A stretch of DNA of 64,000 nucleotides, from NCBI GenBank assembly GCA_028534125.1, contig CM052832.1:19532001-19596000 (forward strand), given 5' to 3'. This DNA comes from Lama glama. Taxonomy: Eukaryota. Positions 49,851 to 62,953 of this stretch are shown here, piece by piece (positions within the stretch are counted from its first letter, which is position 1; each line of letters begins with the position of its first letter). The notes under the pieces were generated by a model. That model made no database searches. It worked only from the letters and a program-made list of their open reading frames with translations, and was not told the origin of the DNA. Made by a program: the position numbers and the translations under genes.

Positions 49851-51750
49851 GTCACTCACAGAGAATAATACGGTCCAGTATTGCCTTTTATTACCAAGAA
49901 AAATGAAGAAAATTAAACACCTGCTGATAAAGCTTATTGATTTTTGAGATGATGCATTTGTCCCCTGTAACACAAACTGGTTTTTCATAGAAAACCAAAA
50001 ATGTATCAAGTTTATTTTCAGAACTAAGTAAACAGTTTTTCTAGCCAGTGGATATTAGTTCATTGTTTTCAAAAGCTGGTTGATAAAGTTAAACAGTTTA
50101 TTTTTAATATCAGTTTAAGGATATCAGAATGAACTGACACTGGAGTAGAGGAGCTTTCTCACTTAAAACAACAATGCTCTAGTGAATGGTTCTGCACGTT
50201 CTCTGATGTTGACTTCTTCAGCTTTGTATTAATGCCCAGCAAATGTAAACACTAAAAGAATAATAAATATATGTTGGGAAAAAAGAGAAAGAAAGAAAGA
50301 AAAGAAGAAAGAACTTCTTTTGGTAGAGCAAGGTAAGTTGATTGTTCAACCCAAGGCTTTCACATGGAGATTTTTGCTGAAGATCTTTCCAATGTTCACA
50401 TTTTAGAATACTTAGGATATACCATGGGAGATTTTGGTGAGGCAACATTCTTCCACCTCCAACTGAAATGTGAACACTCCTGAAAGCTGTTAAGCTTTAT
50501 CAACCAATGTAGTTTAGAGATAATTAATAGCTAGATAATAACAAAATGGGCCCCAGGATAGGTGCCAAAGGCTACCTTCAAATCCCATTTTCCACCTTGA
50601 GGATGTGGCATTCCATTCCACAAGGGCACTGATGAGGGAAGCCAAAGGGAGCCAAAGACAGACATCGCCTCTTTATTTTTTCTTAGCATTTATCCATGCT
50701 GGGCATGGTTAAAATAATGCCCCATTGTTCAATCTCTGACATAATCTCAAAAACAGTAAAAAAGACATTAAAGTCCTATACTCAATTCTTTCTAAGGAAC
50801 ACTCTGGGAAGGAAGTTAGACATAAAGGAAAGTTTGTTAGCTTTTTCAGAATGCCCAGAGTTAAATAATAACCTTATTCAAAGAGGGTTAAGAAATAGTT
50901 TTTGATGCTTACTGTTTACCCATAAACATAAAACTTGGGGTTTATATTTGAACCAGAACAAGTTAGACCCTACTAAGAAGAAGGAAATAGTTAACTTTGT
51001 GCTTGAGATAGTTTTCCAAATTTAGTTCATATAAATACCACTTGTTTCAATTTTATTAGATGTTAAGAATACTCCTGAAAACACGAAGTTCAATCTCTCC
51101 AAAGTAGGGTGGTATCTGATTTTAAAATATTGGACCATATGAAATTTTGTCTAGTTAAATGTGTGTGTGAGACCTTCTAGAGTAGTTCTGTGAAGGGGTT
51201 TTACCCATAGGTGATGGACAAAGAATTTAGAACTGTGGCATTTGAGTGTCAGAGCATATGTGAGTAAACTGTGGAGGGAATTGATAGTGATGGTTGTCCA
51301 TTGCCAGCAACTTTCTAAGAATGGTAAAAGCACTATTGCCAGGCTATAAGTTGAGAAAAAATGATCAACATATATACCCATATTTAGTAGATGATCGGGA
51401 GAGGCCCATCACTCCTCTACATCTCCTACTGCCACTCCTCATCCCCCTTCCTAAGGTAGAGCCTGGTGATGTTCAGTAAAAATTCATAGTATTGTTTACT
51501 ACTTGTGATCAGATAGTGAGTGCAAATTGTCACTTCAATTCTTGACTAAAAGCAAATTGATTTAGGGGGTGAGGGAAACCTAGTGCATAAAAAAGATACA
51601 GGGGTTGTGTTGTTACCTTCCAAATGCTTTTTTCAGTTATTCATAAAGAATGAGAAGAACAATATTTCAAATTGATTTTTAACATAATTTCAAATATTAA
51701 GAAGAATAGTAACCAAGTAACTCTGGATGTTGGTGATGTAACATTCCATT

Positions 51751-51812
51751 TGTGTGTGTGCCTGCGTGCGTGTGTGTGTTTGTGTGTGTTTGAAAGAGAG
51801 AAGGAGAGAGAG
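51751..51812 (+). repeat. (TG)n/(AG)n microsatellite
   Basis: Direct reading. Confidence 0.9.
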
Positions 51813-53869
51813 AAGGTGGTGGCAGCTACAAATGTATATCTGGGCTATACAGTGGATAAAGTTTGCCACTCAGAAAATGAAGGATCGTCTTAAGTTGTCT
51901 GCACTGTAGGATTTGGCACTTAACAGTGTTCCGACACTCCTTGGCTGCTTGTAACTGTGCATCCACTTCAGAGATAAAATCCTATTAGGTTCAATACTCG
52001 CTTTCCCCTTTGACCACCGTGGAGGAGCTTTTTAGTTTCTTCATAGACTGCATTGCTGTTCTGGATAGTCTCTTTAATGGGATGTAACCCAGTTCTGTGA
52101 CGTCACTTTTGTTCAGTTTACTCAGAAAATCATGGTATGGTTTGTGTTCTCTCTCCTTTTCCTTTCCTTATCTCCCCCAATGCAGGGAAAAAAATGATGA
52201 AATTACAGAATTAATGGCACTGAAAAGCTAAAGAGACTGAGATCATAAGTTACTAAACCAATCTTCTTGCTGAAAGGGTGTAATTCAGTGATATTTTTAT
52301 AAATGTGATTCAAGCTGTGGCTTTTATGAAAGATCAGAAATCACATTATTAAAAAAAAAGGAGGGGCGGATCATAAATTCATAACTACAAATCAGCAAGA
52401 TGACCCTAGTTTCACTGGTAAGATTTATGTAATTTCGGTGATGCTAGTTCTTGAGAGAGGTTTATTTATAAAATATTTTGCTGGAAAGTAAAACGAAGAT
52501 GAACCCAGGACAATTAAACAAATGAGACATTTACCTATCTCTGTCTCTGAATGTCAAGAACAATAGGAAATCTCCATAACATGGGGGTGTGCATTCTGAG
52601 CGGAAGAATACTGGGCTTTGAGTTGAAAAATCTTATTTAATTGTGAACTTTAGACATGTAATTTAACCTCTTTTGACTTTAACTTGGCTTTATGTTAATT
52701 TGGTCAAAATCAATTAATCATGTGGGGGTAAAAAAACCTTTTAAAGTGATAAATGACAAGTTTATGTTATGTTTGAAGTAAAGCAAGGTAGGCGTTGGCT
52801 GCTTTGAGTTCTCAAGGTGGTCTTCTACCTCTGGGTGGGCCCCTGGTAACATCCTAGAATATGTTTCTATTTTACAAAAGACTTGGCTTTAAAAACTGGC
52901 TGACTTTGTAATTCTGACTAAATTACCCAATTTCTCTGAATCTCTGCATTTTTATCTGTAAGATGAAAATAATTTTAGACACTGCTTCTGCCCATAGCAA
53001 TTTTAGTCTCATGGCCACTACATGGATTTTTAGTTGGACAGTTGAGCTTAGCATAAAATTTGATTCTGGTTTTGAACACATTGCTATACATTTTTAGGTT
53101 TCAGTGTCATTAACTACAAAATTAAGTATTAGGTGTTTGGTGCCTAAGACCAGTTTGGGCATAAACATTTGTGGAAGATGGCTTTCCTGTGCAGACTTCC
53201 ATAGTCCTGTTCTCAATAAGCCCTTCTGAGAGAACCTTTTCCTTCTGATGAATGTTTCTAGTGCCAGGTCATGCGTCTGTAAGAAAAAAGCAGGCCAGAC
53301 ACTCTGTGATTATTCACACCGCAGGAAACCCTGAGAGGAGTTCAATGAAAGGAATGGCAGCCTGAAATTAAAGATCCATTTGGTGTGCATGGTGTGTGTT
53401 TTTAACATGTGTTTTCCCCCCCTGCTATCAGTAAACTCGATGACTAATAGTGTATCCAATCGCACAAATACAGAAAGAAAAGTTGGAATTCGTGTAAAAT
53501 AAGGTGGCAGAAAAGCCATTCATAAGTCCAGAGGCTCTGTAAATAATGAAGATGCTGCATCAGTCTGTAAAGGAGGTCATGCTGATGTTTCCAGGTACCA
53601 TCTTTCATCCTACTGTTGGGCTTACTGATGTTCCCCGTGAGACTGTCAATACCACGTTAGAAATAATCCTAAATAGCTCTTCAAACTCTGGTTTTTGCTT
53701 TTTGACTTATCCTCCTTTTTATATATGGATAGTCAGGGTTTGGGTTGGGTGAACAAACAATGAGGGAAAATCCTGGGCAGCTTTTAATGTTAAAACCTTC
53801 TGTATGCCCAGCACTTTACAGTTTACTGACACTTTTGAGTGCTAATCTCTTTGTAGTACACAGTAATAG

Positions 53870-53910
53870 ATTTTATTTTATTTTATTTTATTTTATTTTA
53901 TTTTATTTTA
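53870..53910 (+). repeat. (TTTTA)n microsatellite inside a MIR fragment
   Basis: Direct reading. Confidence 0.9.
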
Positions 53911-54255
53911 ATGGCAAAAAGAAAAACAGGAGAAGCTGGATGACTTGTTTAAAATTATACTGCAAAAAATAAGAATAAAACAATAATAATAATAACAGTA
54001 ATAAAAGTACATTAACTGAATGCTTCCTGTGTGTTAGACGTTCTTTTAGACACTTAATCCTCACAACACCCTGGAATAGTGTTCATCAAAAGAACAGGGA
54101 AAAGTACGAAGAGAGCTTCTAAAAAAATAGGCAGGTACTGAGAATGAGAATAATGTTCAAAGTGGAGTATGGAGGCATGAGGCTGAAAGAGAGCAGGGCC
54201 AGATCATGGAGGGCCTCATGTGTTTGCTGAGGAGTTTAGATTTTATGTTCTAAAA

Positions 54256-54483
54256 CAGGCATAGACAAATGCTTTTTGTAAAGAGCCAGACAGTAAATAT
54301 TTTTGTCTTCGTGGGCCATAGGGTCTTTGCTGCAACTACTTGGCTTTGCTGAGGTAGCACAAAAGCAGCCATAGACAATGTGTAAACACATGGGTGCAGC
54401 TGTATTCCAATAAAACTTTATTTACAAAAACGGGTGGCAAGTGAGCAGAATTTGGCCATTGTGTTGTTATTTGCTGACCCTTA
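54256..54483 (+). mobile_element. MER58A hAT-Charlie MITE nested in an L2 fragment
   Basis: 'gtaaagagccagacagtaaatattt', 'aaagcagccatagacaat', 'ccaataaaactttatttacaaaaac'; 8-bp TSD TTCTAAAA (54248-54255) / TTCTAGAA (54484-54491). Confidence 0.92.
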
Positions 54484-55119
54484 TTCTAGAAGATGGTGAA
54501 CCACTCAGCTTGAAAGGCAAAATAAAGCATGAGACATACATTGCTTCTTCCAAAGGGTCATCGTCACCTGATGTTGAATACAATGATTAAATTGAGGCAG
54601 ATATCAATTATTTCTCCCACTCTGTCAAGGAAGAATGATTCAATGGGAATAATGGCTAGGGCTTTCTCTAGAGAGTAACCATAAGTCCTACTTGCTTGGG
54701 ATAGACTGCTTTACATCTATTGCTCAGCATTATAACTAATAGCACCCCCTTTCACCCTCACAACTTTCCCTATTGGGGTAAGCTGTATATGGTCATCTTA
54801 TTTTAAACCTAAAAGGGGGTTCATTTTAGAACTTCCACATAAGGATAGGCATTGGTCCTAATCTTTTGTAGATGGTGTGATGGGCTGAGAATCCCACCAT
54901 CTGGAGTGAAATTCCGACTTTGTTCCTTATTACAGGTGTGATCTTGGGCTAATTGCCCATCTTATCCAGGTCAAGATTTCTTTTCTTGAAAATTGAGACT
55001 AATAGGTCCTTTCTATATAATAAGGGCAATGTGAATATATATAATATGATGATGTTTGTAAAAGTTCATGGGGAAATTTACTTATCAAATGTTATCCAAG
55101 TGGAAGACAAGAAGAATTG

Positions 55120-55345
55120 CAAGACGCTAGGGCTTTGGACCCAGAAAGGACTTAGCCCAGCCTCCACCACTTATCATTTATGGGACCTTGCAGAAATCAT
55201 TGCTTCTCTTTGCACCTCAGAACCTCTTTGGGGCTAATAATACCACCTCTTCAGAACTGTTGTACTTGTTAAAGATAATATATGTAAACTGTCAAGCGCA
55301 GTGCCTGGACCATAGTTAGCACTTAGGAAAAAATGCAGTTACTAT
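55120..55345 (+). mobile_element. MIR SINE
   Basis: 'cccagcctccaccacttatcatttatgggaccttg...aagataatatatgtaaa...cagtgcctggaccatagttagcactta'. Confidence 0.8.
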
Positions 55346-57304
55346 CTTTCAAACAATCACATGCCTTAGATTGTTCACCTCCATTCACCTCCTGTAATAT
55401 CAAAATTCTATTTTTTTTTATTCTTTAAGCCATATCCACTTAGAAGTGTTCCAAAATTGTGGTGATTTTGATGATGATGATAGTAACTTATTGAGCAATT
55501 ATTGGGTTATAGGCATCTCAAGATAAAGCATATTTCCAGTGTGGTCTAATGTTGTTACTGCTAACTTCGTCTGAATTTTGAGGCTCTGATGCGCTTTTGA
55601 GTCCTTGATTGCCCGGCCCATTCTTTGGTTGTGGCAGAGCTCCCTGTGGTGTTTCTTCAGTAGGGAAGGCCAGATGAGATCACAGCCTGAGGAAGCGGGG
55701 CATGAACACCATGCTATTTCTCTCCTAATGCTTTGCCTATACCCTTCTATCACATTTGCTTGAAGACCTGAAAATAATTGGTTGAAACTGCTACTCACTT
55801 ATAGCCTTCTATCCAAGTTTGACAAGTATGTTGCTCTAAATAACATGCTCTATAAATGGCTTGAATCTAATAAGTAGTTCTTTTTGGACATGCGATCCAT
55901 TGTCCTTCCTTCCTTGAGAGGGAAATTACAGTCTTCCAAGATTCTCCTTCCATTTCTATAGAATGTGGGTGCTAATTTGAAAGCAGTCTCATAAAATGGA
56001 AGCAAACAGGCTAATTAGAAATATTTATGGGCCTGTTAGTGAATATGTCTAATTGAAATAACAAGGCTCTTCCTGAAGGGGAAAACATTACTTTGATTGT
56101 AGGAATAATTAGCTTGTGCTGTTATATTGAAAGAGGATAAAATCCTTTCTCTCCTGATCAGATCCATTTTTACTTCATCAGACCAAGGTGTCTCCAGAAG
56201 GACTCATTAGCATTTTTATTATTAAATTTTAATTTTTTAAATCAAAGCCAAACTTGCACATTTCTTATTCCCCTGAGATAATCACTTTCAACTCTTTTAG
56301 TTGATTATTTTGGACTTATTGCTGTATCTCAAAGTAATAGGTTTATATTACTCTTTTAAAGTAAGTTCTTTAATTTTTTATTTTTTATCAAAGTTGCATA
56401 CATGCATATAGTTAGAAGAGTCAACTACTTTTATGTTGCTTGTTAATAAAAGCAGCATATCCATGTTACACCTTCTGTTTCTCACTTTCCTAGAGGAAAT
56501 AACTTTTTATATTTACTTTCATAATTCTGTTTAACATGATGTTATTACTGCTTCTTGACTTTTTAGTTTTAAAAATTATCTATTGACTTTGTACTGTGGA
56601 GGATGAGAATTTTGGTTTCTTTTATACGCATGCCAGTAGTCCTATTCTGCACAGGGATCCTTCCTATTTTCCATGCCCCCAGTACGTAATCATAATTTTG
56701 AATAGATTATTATTCTGTATTTACATTATCATGGCTATATTAAAACTATTTATGCCTGAGACATATAATATACTTTGATTATTTTTGCTATCCTGCATAG
56801 CAATTAAAAAATAGTTTTATATTATCTTTTAAAAATACATTAGCTCAACTTTCTTTGGATTTAGCACTAATTTCATCCCAAACTCGGCACATCAGTATGT
56901 AAATCTATGCTAGATATGTTCTTTCACATCTGGTATTCTTTCAATTTGTCTTCTGGAAGAAACATCTCCTAGAGCCTGTTGGCACCTTCTCATCTGGATT
57001 AATTTCTATTTCTGATTTCATCCAGAGATTTTACTTAACCTCCCTCATTTTTACCTTTGACTCTCTCATATATTGAATCCCTGTTTTCTGAACCCAAGGT
57101 CTTCCTCTTTATTGATTTCCCCCCTCATTTTGACTGGGTATATCCTCCAGTAGCTTCCTGAGAAAGGTAGAAAACTATATGAAAGATGAGTTATTTTATA
57201 ACTTGTATGTCTGAAAATGTCTTTATTTTATTGCTGCACTTAATTAAAAAGTCTGGCCAGGTTAGAATTCTCAATTAGAAATAATTTCCTTCAAAACTTT
57301 AGAA

Positions 57305-58900
57305 AAAAATTTATTATGAAAATTTCTGAACATATAAAAAAGCAGAGTTCAGAGAAATTCCATGTACTCATCAAAAAACTATCAGTTTCAACAATTACCA
57401 ACATTTTGCCTACTTGTTTCATTCATCTATCCACCTACCTTTTTGTTTGTTTTGCTGGAGTATTTTAAAACAAATCCCAGACATTTTTCACCTCTAACTG
57501 ATTCAGGATGAATCTCCAAAATAGAATAAAGGGCATGTCCTTCCTTAAGCACAATACCATTATCATATCTAACAAAATTGCCAATAATTCCTTTATATCA
57601 CACCAAAGCAAGTCCATATTCAATTTTCTCTGATTGTCTATAAATATTTTTATAGATGCTTTATTTGAATCAAGATCCAAAAAATTTCTGCTCATCGTAT
57701 TTGGTTGTTGTAATTTTGAAGTCTCTTTTAATCCCCAAAGTCTCTTCTCTCATAGCCTTACCTGTTCCCCACACCTCCCTCACCATTGAAGTAACAAGAA
57801 TGTCCCATACTCTGGATTTGGCTGATTGCCTTCTCATAGCCGGTTCAACCTGTTTCTCTGTTTTTCATATTTCTTGTAGACCAGAAGGTAGGCTTAAATT
57901 ACCTTGACTGGATTCTGATCCAACTCTTTTGGCAACAATATTCCAAAAGTGGACAGTCTCTTAGTTTTTCTCAGAACAGTGGCTGGCTCAAGTAGTGATA
58001 GCCTCCTCTCTTCTTTGTAAAATTCTCCATATTTTTCACCTAATTGTTTTAATATCCATTAATGATAACTGTCTAAATCAGCAATCTCATTATAGAAGTT
58101 GTAAGTTGGTTATTTTTCTAATTCTATTATTCCTATTCATATATTAGTTGGAAATCCCTTGACTGAAGAACCCTTCCACATTCAGGAGGGCTATACAGTT
58201 CATACCAGAAGAATAACATAATCTTTTCCACTTAATTACTACAGATTTTTCTCAGTTTATAATGGGGTTATGTCCTGATAACCCGGCATAGGTTGAAAAT
58301 ATCGTATGTCAAATTGCACTTAATGCACTTAATGTACTAAAGATCATAGCTTAGCCTAGCCTGTTTCAGATGTACTCAGAAGACTAACTTACAGTTGGGC
58401 AAAGCCTATTTTATAGTAAAGTATTGAATATCTCATGAAAATTATGGAATACTATTCTGAAAGTGAAAAACAGTATGGTTGTGTGGGTTCATAGTGATTG
58501 TAAGTGTACTAATTATTTACCCTGATGATTGTGTGGTTGACTGTAAGTAAGACGTGGCTCACTCCTGCTGACCAGCTGAGAAAATGAAAGACAGAGACAG
58601 AGAGAGAGTTGTACTGCTTATTGTTAGCCCAGGAAAAGATCAAAATTCAAAATGCAAAATACAGGTTGTACTGAATGTTTAGTGCTTTCACACCACTGTA
58701 AAGCTGAACAATTTTAAGTCTAATCATCACAAGTTGAGAACCAGCTGTAGTTTTCAGAGTAATGAGTGGTACTTTGGAAATCTTTTATATGATCAAATAT
58801 TATTATCTCTTTCTTTTTATTTGAGATCATTATGAACTAATGACATTTTTATAGCTAATTTTTTAAGCAATTTCTATCATTACACGTATGATGCTTTAAA
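57305..58900 (-). mobile_element. L1MC4/5-like 3' end nested in the older L1
   Basis: 'tttattatgaaaatttctgaacatataaaaaagcagag', 'ctggagtattttaaaacaaatcccagacat', 'gaatgtcccatactctggatttggctgattgc'. Confidence 0.7.
58242..58747 (+). mobile_element. MER47/Tigger5-type TcMar element
   Basis: CAG...CTG ends with TA on both sides; 'atcatagcttagcctagcct', 'tacagttgggcaaa', 'ctgaaagtgaaaaacagtatggttg'. Confidence 0.88.
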
Positions 58901-59504
58901 TGGCCTTATTGAGTAGTAAAAGTCCCTTTCCCTCAGAAATTTAATGGCTTCTTAAAACTGCTGATTTTTACATTAAATTATGTAAAATGAAAATGACTTT
59001 TTTTTTTCTTTCTGAAAGTTTGTAAGATCATTTTTTGTCTCCAGTGTTGTGAAATTTCATAGTGATGTAACTATTTTCATCCATTTTCCTGGACTGTGTA
59101 TTTACTTTGTTGGCTCTTTCAGTCTGAAAATGTGTGCCTTCTAGTTCACTTTGATGGTTAGGTTCCCTCCATTTTCTCTGTCTCTCCTTCTGGTATGTTT
59201 ATTATTTAGATGTTTAATCCTTTACTTTTCTTGTTTTTTTCCCTCCTATTTTTTCAGTCTTTGTCTTTTTGCTTTACTTCCTGAGAATTTTCCACACTTA
59301 ATTTCTCCTATTGGGATTTTCTATTTTTATGTAATTAATTTTAATTTCAAAAATCATACTTTATGTTCTCTGAATACTTCTTTTTATAGATTTTTTTTAC
59401 TCTATCATGGATAACAATATCTTCTTTATCTCTCTCAGAGATTAATAAGAGAATTTTTAGATGTATTTTTCCTATGTAAGTTTAGGTAGTTACATAAAAC
59501 CTAT

Positions 59505-59690
59505 CTTACTTCTGAGAGCAATTTCAAATTTGAGTGTTCACAAGATCAGCCTCAGGTTTGATACTTTGCTGGAAGGACTCATAGAACTCATCAAAAGCTG
59601 TTAAACTCATAGTTATGGTTTATTACAGTGAAATGATACAGAATAAAATCAGCCCAGGGAGGAGATGCACAAGCCAGGATGAGGTGAGAT
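59505..59690 (-). mobile_element. MER21C-like LTR fragment
   Basis: 'tttgctggaaggactcatagaactcatcaaaagctgttaaactcatagttatggtttattacagtgaaatgatacagaataaaatcagcc'. Confidence 0.75.
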
Positions 59691-60294
59691 TTTGTGAAGT
59701 TGTTTTGGCAGGCATTGCTCAAACTTAAAGAGCTTTCTTTTTGAATATGTGGCTGTTGTTAGGTTTTGGTGAAATGGCATTATTTGTATAGAAAATAATT
59801 GTTCCCTCTTCTTTATTCTTGGGATCAGCAAGAGGGTCTGAGCTGTGCAAGGTCTGGCATAATGCCCTTTATTTAAGATGGTAAGAAAAGATACCAGGAC
59901 ACAAGCTGAGAGGGGCTGTCATAGTGTTCTGTGGTCCTACCTGGTGTTTATCTTTAGTGCCTGATCATTTACTGCGACGTTGTTCAGGAATAGAAGGATG
60001 TGCTGGCCATCTGGAAATTGTGTGGTATAAGTAGCTCTTCTTTCTGTACTCTTGTACTCTTCCAGCATTATCTTAATTTTCTGACTCAGTTTTCCACACT
60101 ATTCCTGAACCATGATTCTGTTGATGTGGTGGTGGGAATAACTATAATTACTCTTCTCTTTGGAACAGAAGCCTGACCGTAGTGTGATGGCTGCATAACA
60201 GCCATGGACTGCAGACTTTCTTTATCAAGATGCTGCCAACTATGGCTGATATAATTTAGCAATCACCTTGAGTTAATTGGTATTGACTTAGAAC

Positions 60295-60487
60295 TAGAGT
60301 TCTCAGATAAAATACAGGATGCCCAGTTACATTTATATTCAGATAACTAGTACATACTTTTTAAAAAAAGTGTGTGTCCCAAGTATTTCAAGGGACATAC
60401 TTATACTAAAAATTTATTTGCTGTTTACTTGAAATTTAAATTTAACTATGCATTCTGTATTTTTACTTGCTAAATCTGGCAACCTTC
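60295..60487 (-). mobile_element. MER53 palindromic hAT MITE
   Basis: 'aaaatacaggatgcccagtta...tgtcccaagtatttcaagggacatacttatactaaaaa...tgctaaatctggcaacc'; flanks CTTAGAAC/CTCAGAGC (6/8 TSD). Confidence 0.9.
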
Positions 60488-62613
60488 CTCAGAGCACCTA
60501 ATGGTTATGAGACTCTTTCATTTCTTCAGAGCATTGTTCAGCACACACACTCCCTGTCTGTGTGGTTTTGTTCTTCATACATGGTGCAGCTGGCTCATGT
60601 CTCATGATGCCAGTGCTCTGCAGGATTCAGGCAGCAAGTGTATCTAGTGAGGAACACTAGCATGTCAAGGACGCACCTGGCTCTATACTCTCCCTGGGGC
60701 TGATTGCATAGTAGATAGGGAGCTGGTTTTCAGACTTGGGAAGAGCATGCCTGAATGGAAGTTCTCAGCTGAGGTCCTGCATGAATGGAGACAGTGCTTG
60801 TCTCGGCCTTGGAAGGGTGGGGATTTGAGAGAAGAGATGGAGTGCTGGGACGAGGGAGGCAGGAGTCAGACAAATTACCTTTTCCACATTTGTGTCCAGA
60901 GGGACTGCAAGCCCAGGCATTAACTGATAATCAGCTGTTGCCTTTAGTTCTACAGCTCAGCTCCACGTCAGAAAGGACTTCCACCCAAAGGTGAGCCCTT
61001 CCATTTATGACTTCTGCCCTCTAGTGAAATTTTCTCCTACTGTTCTTTCCAGCTCCCAGCTTTCATGTACCTGAATCTTGTCCTGTTTCTATATTTTAAG
61101 CTGAATAGTTATAGCCACTCCAGCTGAAGGTAGAGTTAGGCACATTTCATCCTGTCCTGCCCAGATTCACATGAGGTTTGATAAATTAAATTATGGTCAT
61201 CTGTAGAAGATTCGATGAGAAATAGTGATTTGAGTTTGTGTCATAATGTCACAGGAGCACAGAGCTTTCTGGATTTTTTTTTTCCTTTCTCATTCTCCTC
61301 TTTTCTCAGATGAAAGAATTCTTTAGCTCTTTTCCCACCCAAGCCACCACAAGCCAATGTCCAGTATATTACAGGAAAGGGTTACTTTTATAAGCTAGGG
61401 GTGTGCTGTAAAAGGCATTTGAGGGCCTCATCTAGATAGTTTTTCTGCTGATTTTCCTTTTGACAGCTTTAAAAGGCCTTTTAAAATTGCCAGGAGAGTA
61501 GATTCATATTTTTATCATTCCACCTGCATAGCATTTTAGACACATTTATATTCCTGAAAGCATAATAATACATAACATTTAGCATTTAATTTATGACTCC
61601 TGCCACATCTGGTAAAAAACTCCTTCTGAAGCAATAAATCAACCTCTTCATGTCAAATTGCCATTCATTCTTTGACCTCCTCCATAATTTATGGTTTGTG
61701 AGTGCAAAATGGGAGAAGCAGCTTAAATCAAGTGGATTTTAATTAACAATCTTAGAAAATTCAGAAGAATATTTGCAATTTATTCATGAGGGGAGAGGAC
61801 TTGGTTGCTAGAAAGAAGGATAAAAACAAGGCAGCTCATTTCCATGGGTACAAATTGAAGTCTATTCTGGGTGCTTCGAAACCACAACATGAAGATTTTC
61901 TTTCTCTACTTTGAGTTAGAAATACAAAGTGATTCTTGTAGAAAAAGCTGTCCAAACTCCCAGGACAGAATCCATTTTCTAGGAGAGATTTTGAGGGAAA
62001 AGAGTAGGGGGAGACATGTAACCATCTTCTGCTTATGCAGCCTTTAACAGAGTTGCTGGGCTGCTGACATGGTGTCTTTCATGTCAAACAATTTTATTTC
62101 TGAGCTTTTCACAGTGTGTCCTAAGTAGCTTCTATTAGCATTGTCCTGTCCGTTTCCTTGGCAACAGAGCTGGTCAATTTAGACACCATTTAAGAGCTGT
62201 GGAAAAAGCAACAGCCAGCAGAGTGATGGGCAAAATTACAGAGAATAAACCACATACAATCCTCGCTGGAGGTGATGCATTTTCTTCCAGGGCCCATTTT
62301 ATTTTAATTAAAATCAAAAAGCTCTTTTAAACAGGGCCCTAGATTAAGCACAGGCCAGAGTCATCTACTGTACAACCATTGCAGCTGCATTCCTTAATGT
62401 TATCTCTTTAACCTTAATGGATTGCTTGCACTTTTTCAAATAAACAAAGAGGGAAAACCTAGGGGCAATATAGTAGCATATTGTTATCCATCTTTAGGAT
62501 GAATATAGAATATAGAATATAGAATGGAGAGAGACAACTCTTTTCAAATGTGGAGTCATGTTTAAGTGGAGCACAAGATTCTTCAGATGTCCATACAGTG
62601 ATTCCAATTTATC

Positions 62614-62853
62614 TTTTTTTTTGTAACATTTTTTATTGATTTATAATCATTTTACAATGTCATGTCAAATTCCAGTGTTCAGCACAATTTTTCAGTCATT
62701 CATGGACATATACACACTCATTGTCACATTTTTTTCTCTGTGATTTATCATAACATTTTGTGTATATTTCCCTGTGCTATACAGTGTAATCTTGTTTATC
62801 TATTCTACAATTTTGAAATCCCAGTCTATCCCTTCCCACCCTCTACCCCCCCC
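62614..62853 (-). mobile_element. Young camelid-type LINE-1 3' end running into a gap
   Basis: Poly(T), 'ttttttattgatttataatcattttacaatg', 'ttccctgtgctatacagtgtaatcttgtttatctattc', C-tract. Confidence 0.88.
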
Positions 62854-62953
62854 NNNNNNNNNNNNNNNNNNNNNNNNNNNNNNNNNNNNNNNNNNNNNNN
62901 NNNNNNNNNNNNNNNNNNNNNNNNNNNNNNNNNNNNNNNNNNNNNNNNNNNNN
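62854..62953. other. Assembly gap (100 N)
   Basis: Run of N. Confidence 1.

Larger units (their letters stand above)
56210..59460 (-). mobile_element. Ancient LINE-1 block containing nested elements
   Basis: 'tatatcctccagtagcttcctgagaaagg', 'gtctgaaaatgtctttattt', resuming at 'ccagtgttgtgaaatttcatagtgatg'. Confidence 0.65.

Noticed and set aside
50222..50338. Possible exon (TTCTTCAG acceptor, AAG|GTAAGT donor)
   Set aside because: A-rich with multiple stop codons and no other support; isolated consensus donors are common.
61468..61485. Perfect 18-bp palindrome TTTAAAAGGCCTTTTAAA
   Set aside because: Roughly one such palindrome is expected by chance in 64 kb of AT-rich DNA.
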